Shown piece by piece: positions 63,461 to 64,000 of a DNA stretch of 64,000 nt. The stretch spans positions 186,001 through 250,000 of the forward strand of contig JASTWF010000356.1 of assembly GCA_030390025.1 (NCBI GenBank), written 5' to 3'. A program made the translations under genes and the position numbers. This DNA is from Squalus acanthias (Eukaryota). Below the pieces are notes generated by a model. The model worked only from the letters and a program-made list of their open reading frames with translations, was not told the DNA's origin and made no database searches. Each line of letters opens with the position of its first letter. The first letter of the stretch is position 1.

Positions 63461-64000
63461 AAGCTAGGTGGGCCAGTAATCTGCGAGGAGAACACAGAGT
63501 CTGCAAAGGGAGATAGACAGACAAAGTGATTGGGCAGCAAGGTGGCAGATGGAGAATAACGTAGGGAAATGTGAGGTTATTCACTTTGGGAGGAAGAATA
63601 GAAAAACAGAATAGATTTTAAATGGTGAGAAACTTTTAAATGTTGGTGTTCAGAGAGATTTTGGTGTCCTCGTGCAAAAAACACAGAAAGCTAGCATGCA
63701 GGTACAGCAAGCAATAAGGAAGGCAAATAGAATGTTCGCCTTAATTGCAAGGATGTTGTAGTATAAGAGCAAAAAAGTCTTGCTACAATTGTACAGGGCC
63801 TTGGTGAGACCACACCTGGAGTACTGTGCACAGTTTTGGTCTCCTGATCTGATGAAGGATATACTTGCCTTGGAGGCGGTGCAACGAAGGTTCACGAGAT
63901 TTATTCCTGGGATGAGAGGGCTGTCCTATGACGAGAGATAGTGTAGAATGGGCATGTAATCTCTGGAGTTAGAAGCATAAGAGGTGATCTTATTGAAACA
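63460..64000 (+). mobile_element. CR1 RT 3' fragment running off the window
   Basis: KWQMENNVGKCEVIHFGRKN..QVQQAIRKANRMFALIAR..LYRALVRPHLEYCAQFWSP. Confidence 0.93.

Overview
Eukaryotic, repeat-dominated vertebrate DNA. It is most likely from a cartilaginous fish (shark/ray); this is inferred from the mix of CR1 LINEs, tRNA-headed SINE-like elements, a Deu-SINE-like remnant and Penelope remnants. I see no intact, recognisable host protein-coding gene. 1-23.5 kb is a nest of decayed mobile elements: several CR1 LINEs, a Harbinger transposon remnant (HARBI1-like transposase pseudogene), a fold-back Penelope end with hammerhead-ribozyme cores, a 2.8-kb CT tract, and a degraded endogenous-retrovirus-like element. 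The env of that element reads as an F-type class I fusion protein, and it is interrupted by LINE/SINE insertions. At ~25.1-25.4 kb there is a CpG-rich promoter/first exon with a perfect NF-kB site and a strong splice donor. It is followed almost at once by a ~29-kb G-rich 31-bp minisatellite (CACAGTG-T-CACAGTG-AGGGAGGGAGGGGATT) with higher-order structure, then a 40-bp minisatellite, a candidate exon with an in-frame TGA, a ~60-bp minisatellite and more CR1s. A ~0.9-kb otherwise unique segment occurs twice, ~37.3 kb apart, bracketing this unit. All coordinates were read by eye; no searches were run.
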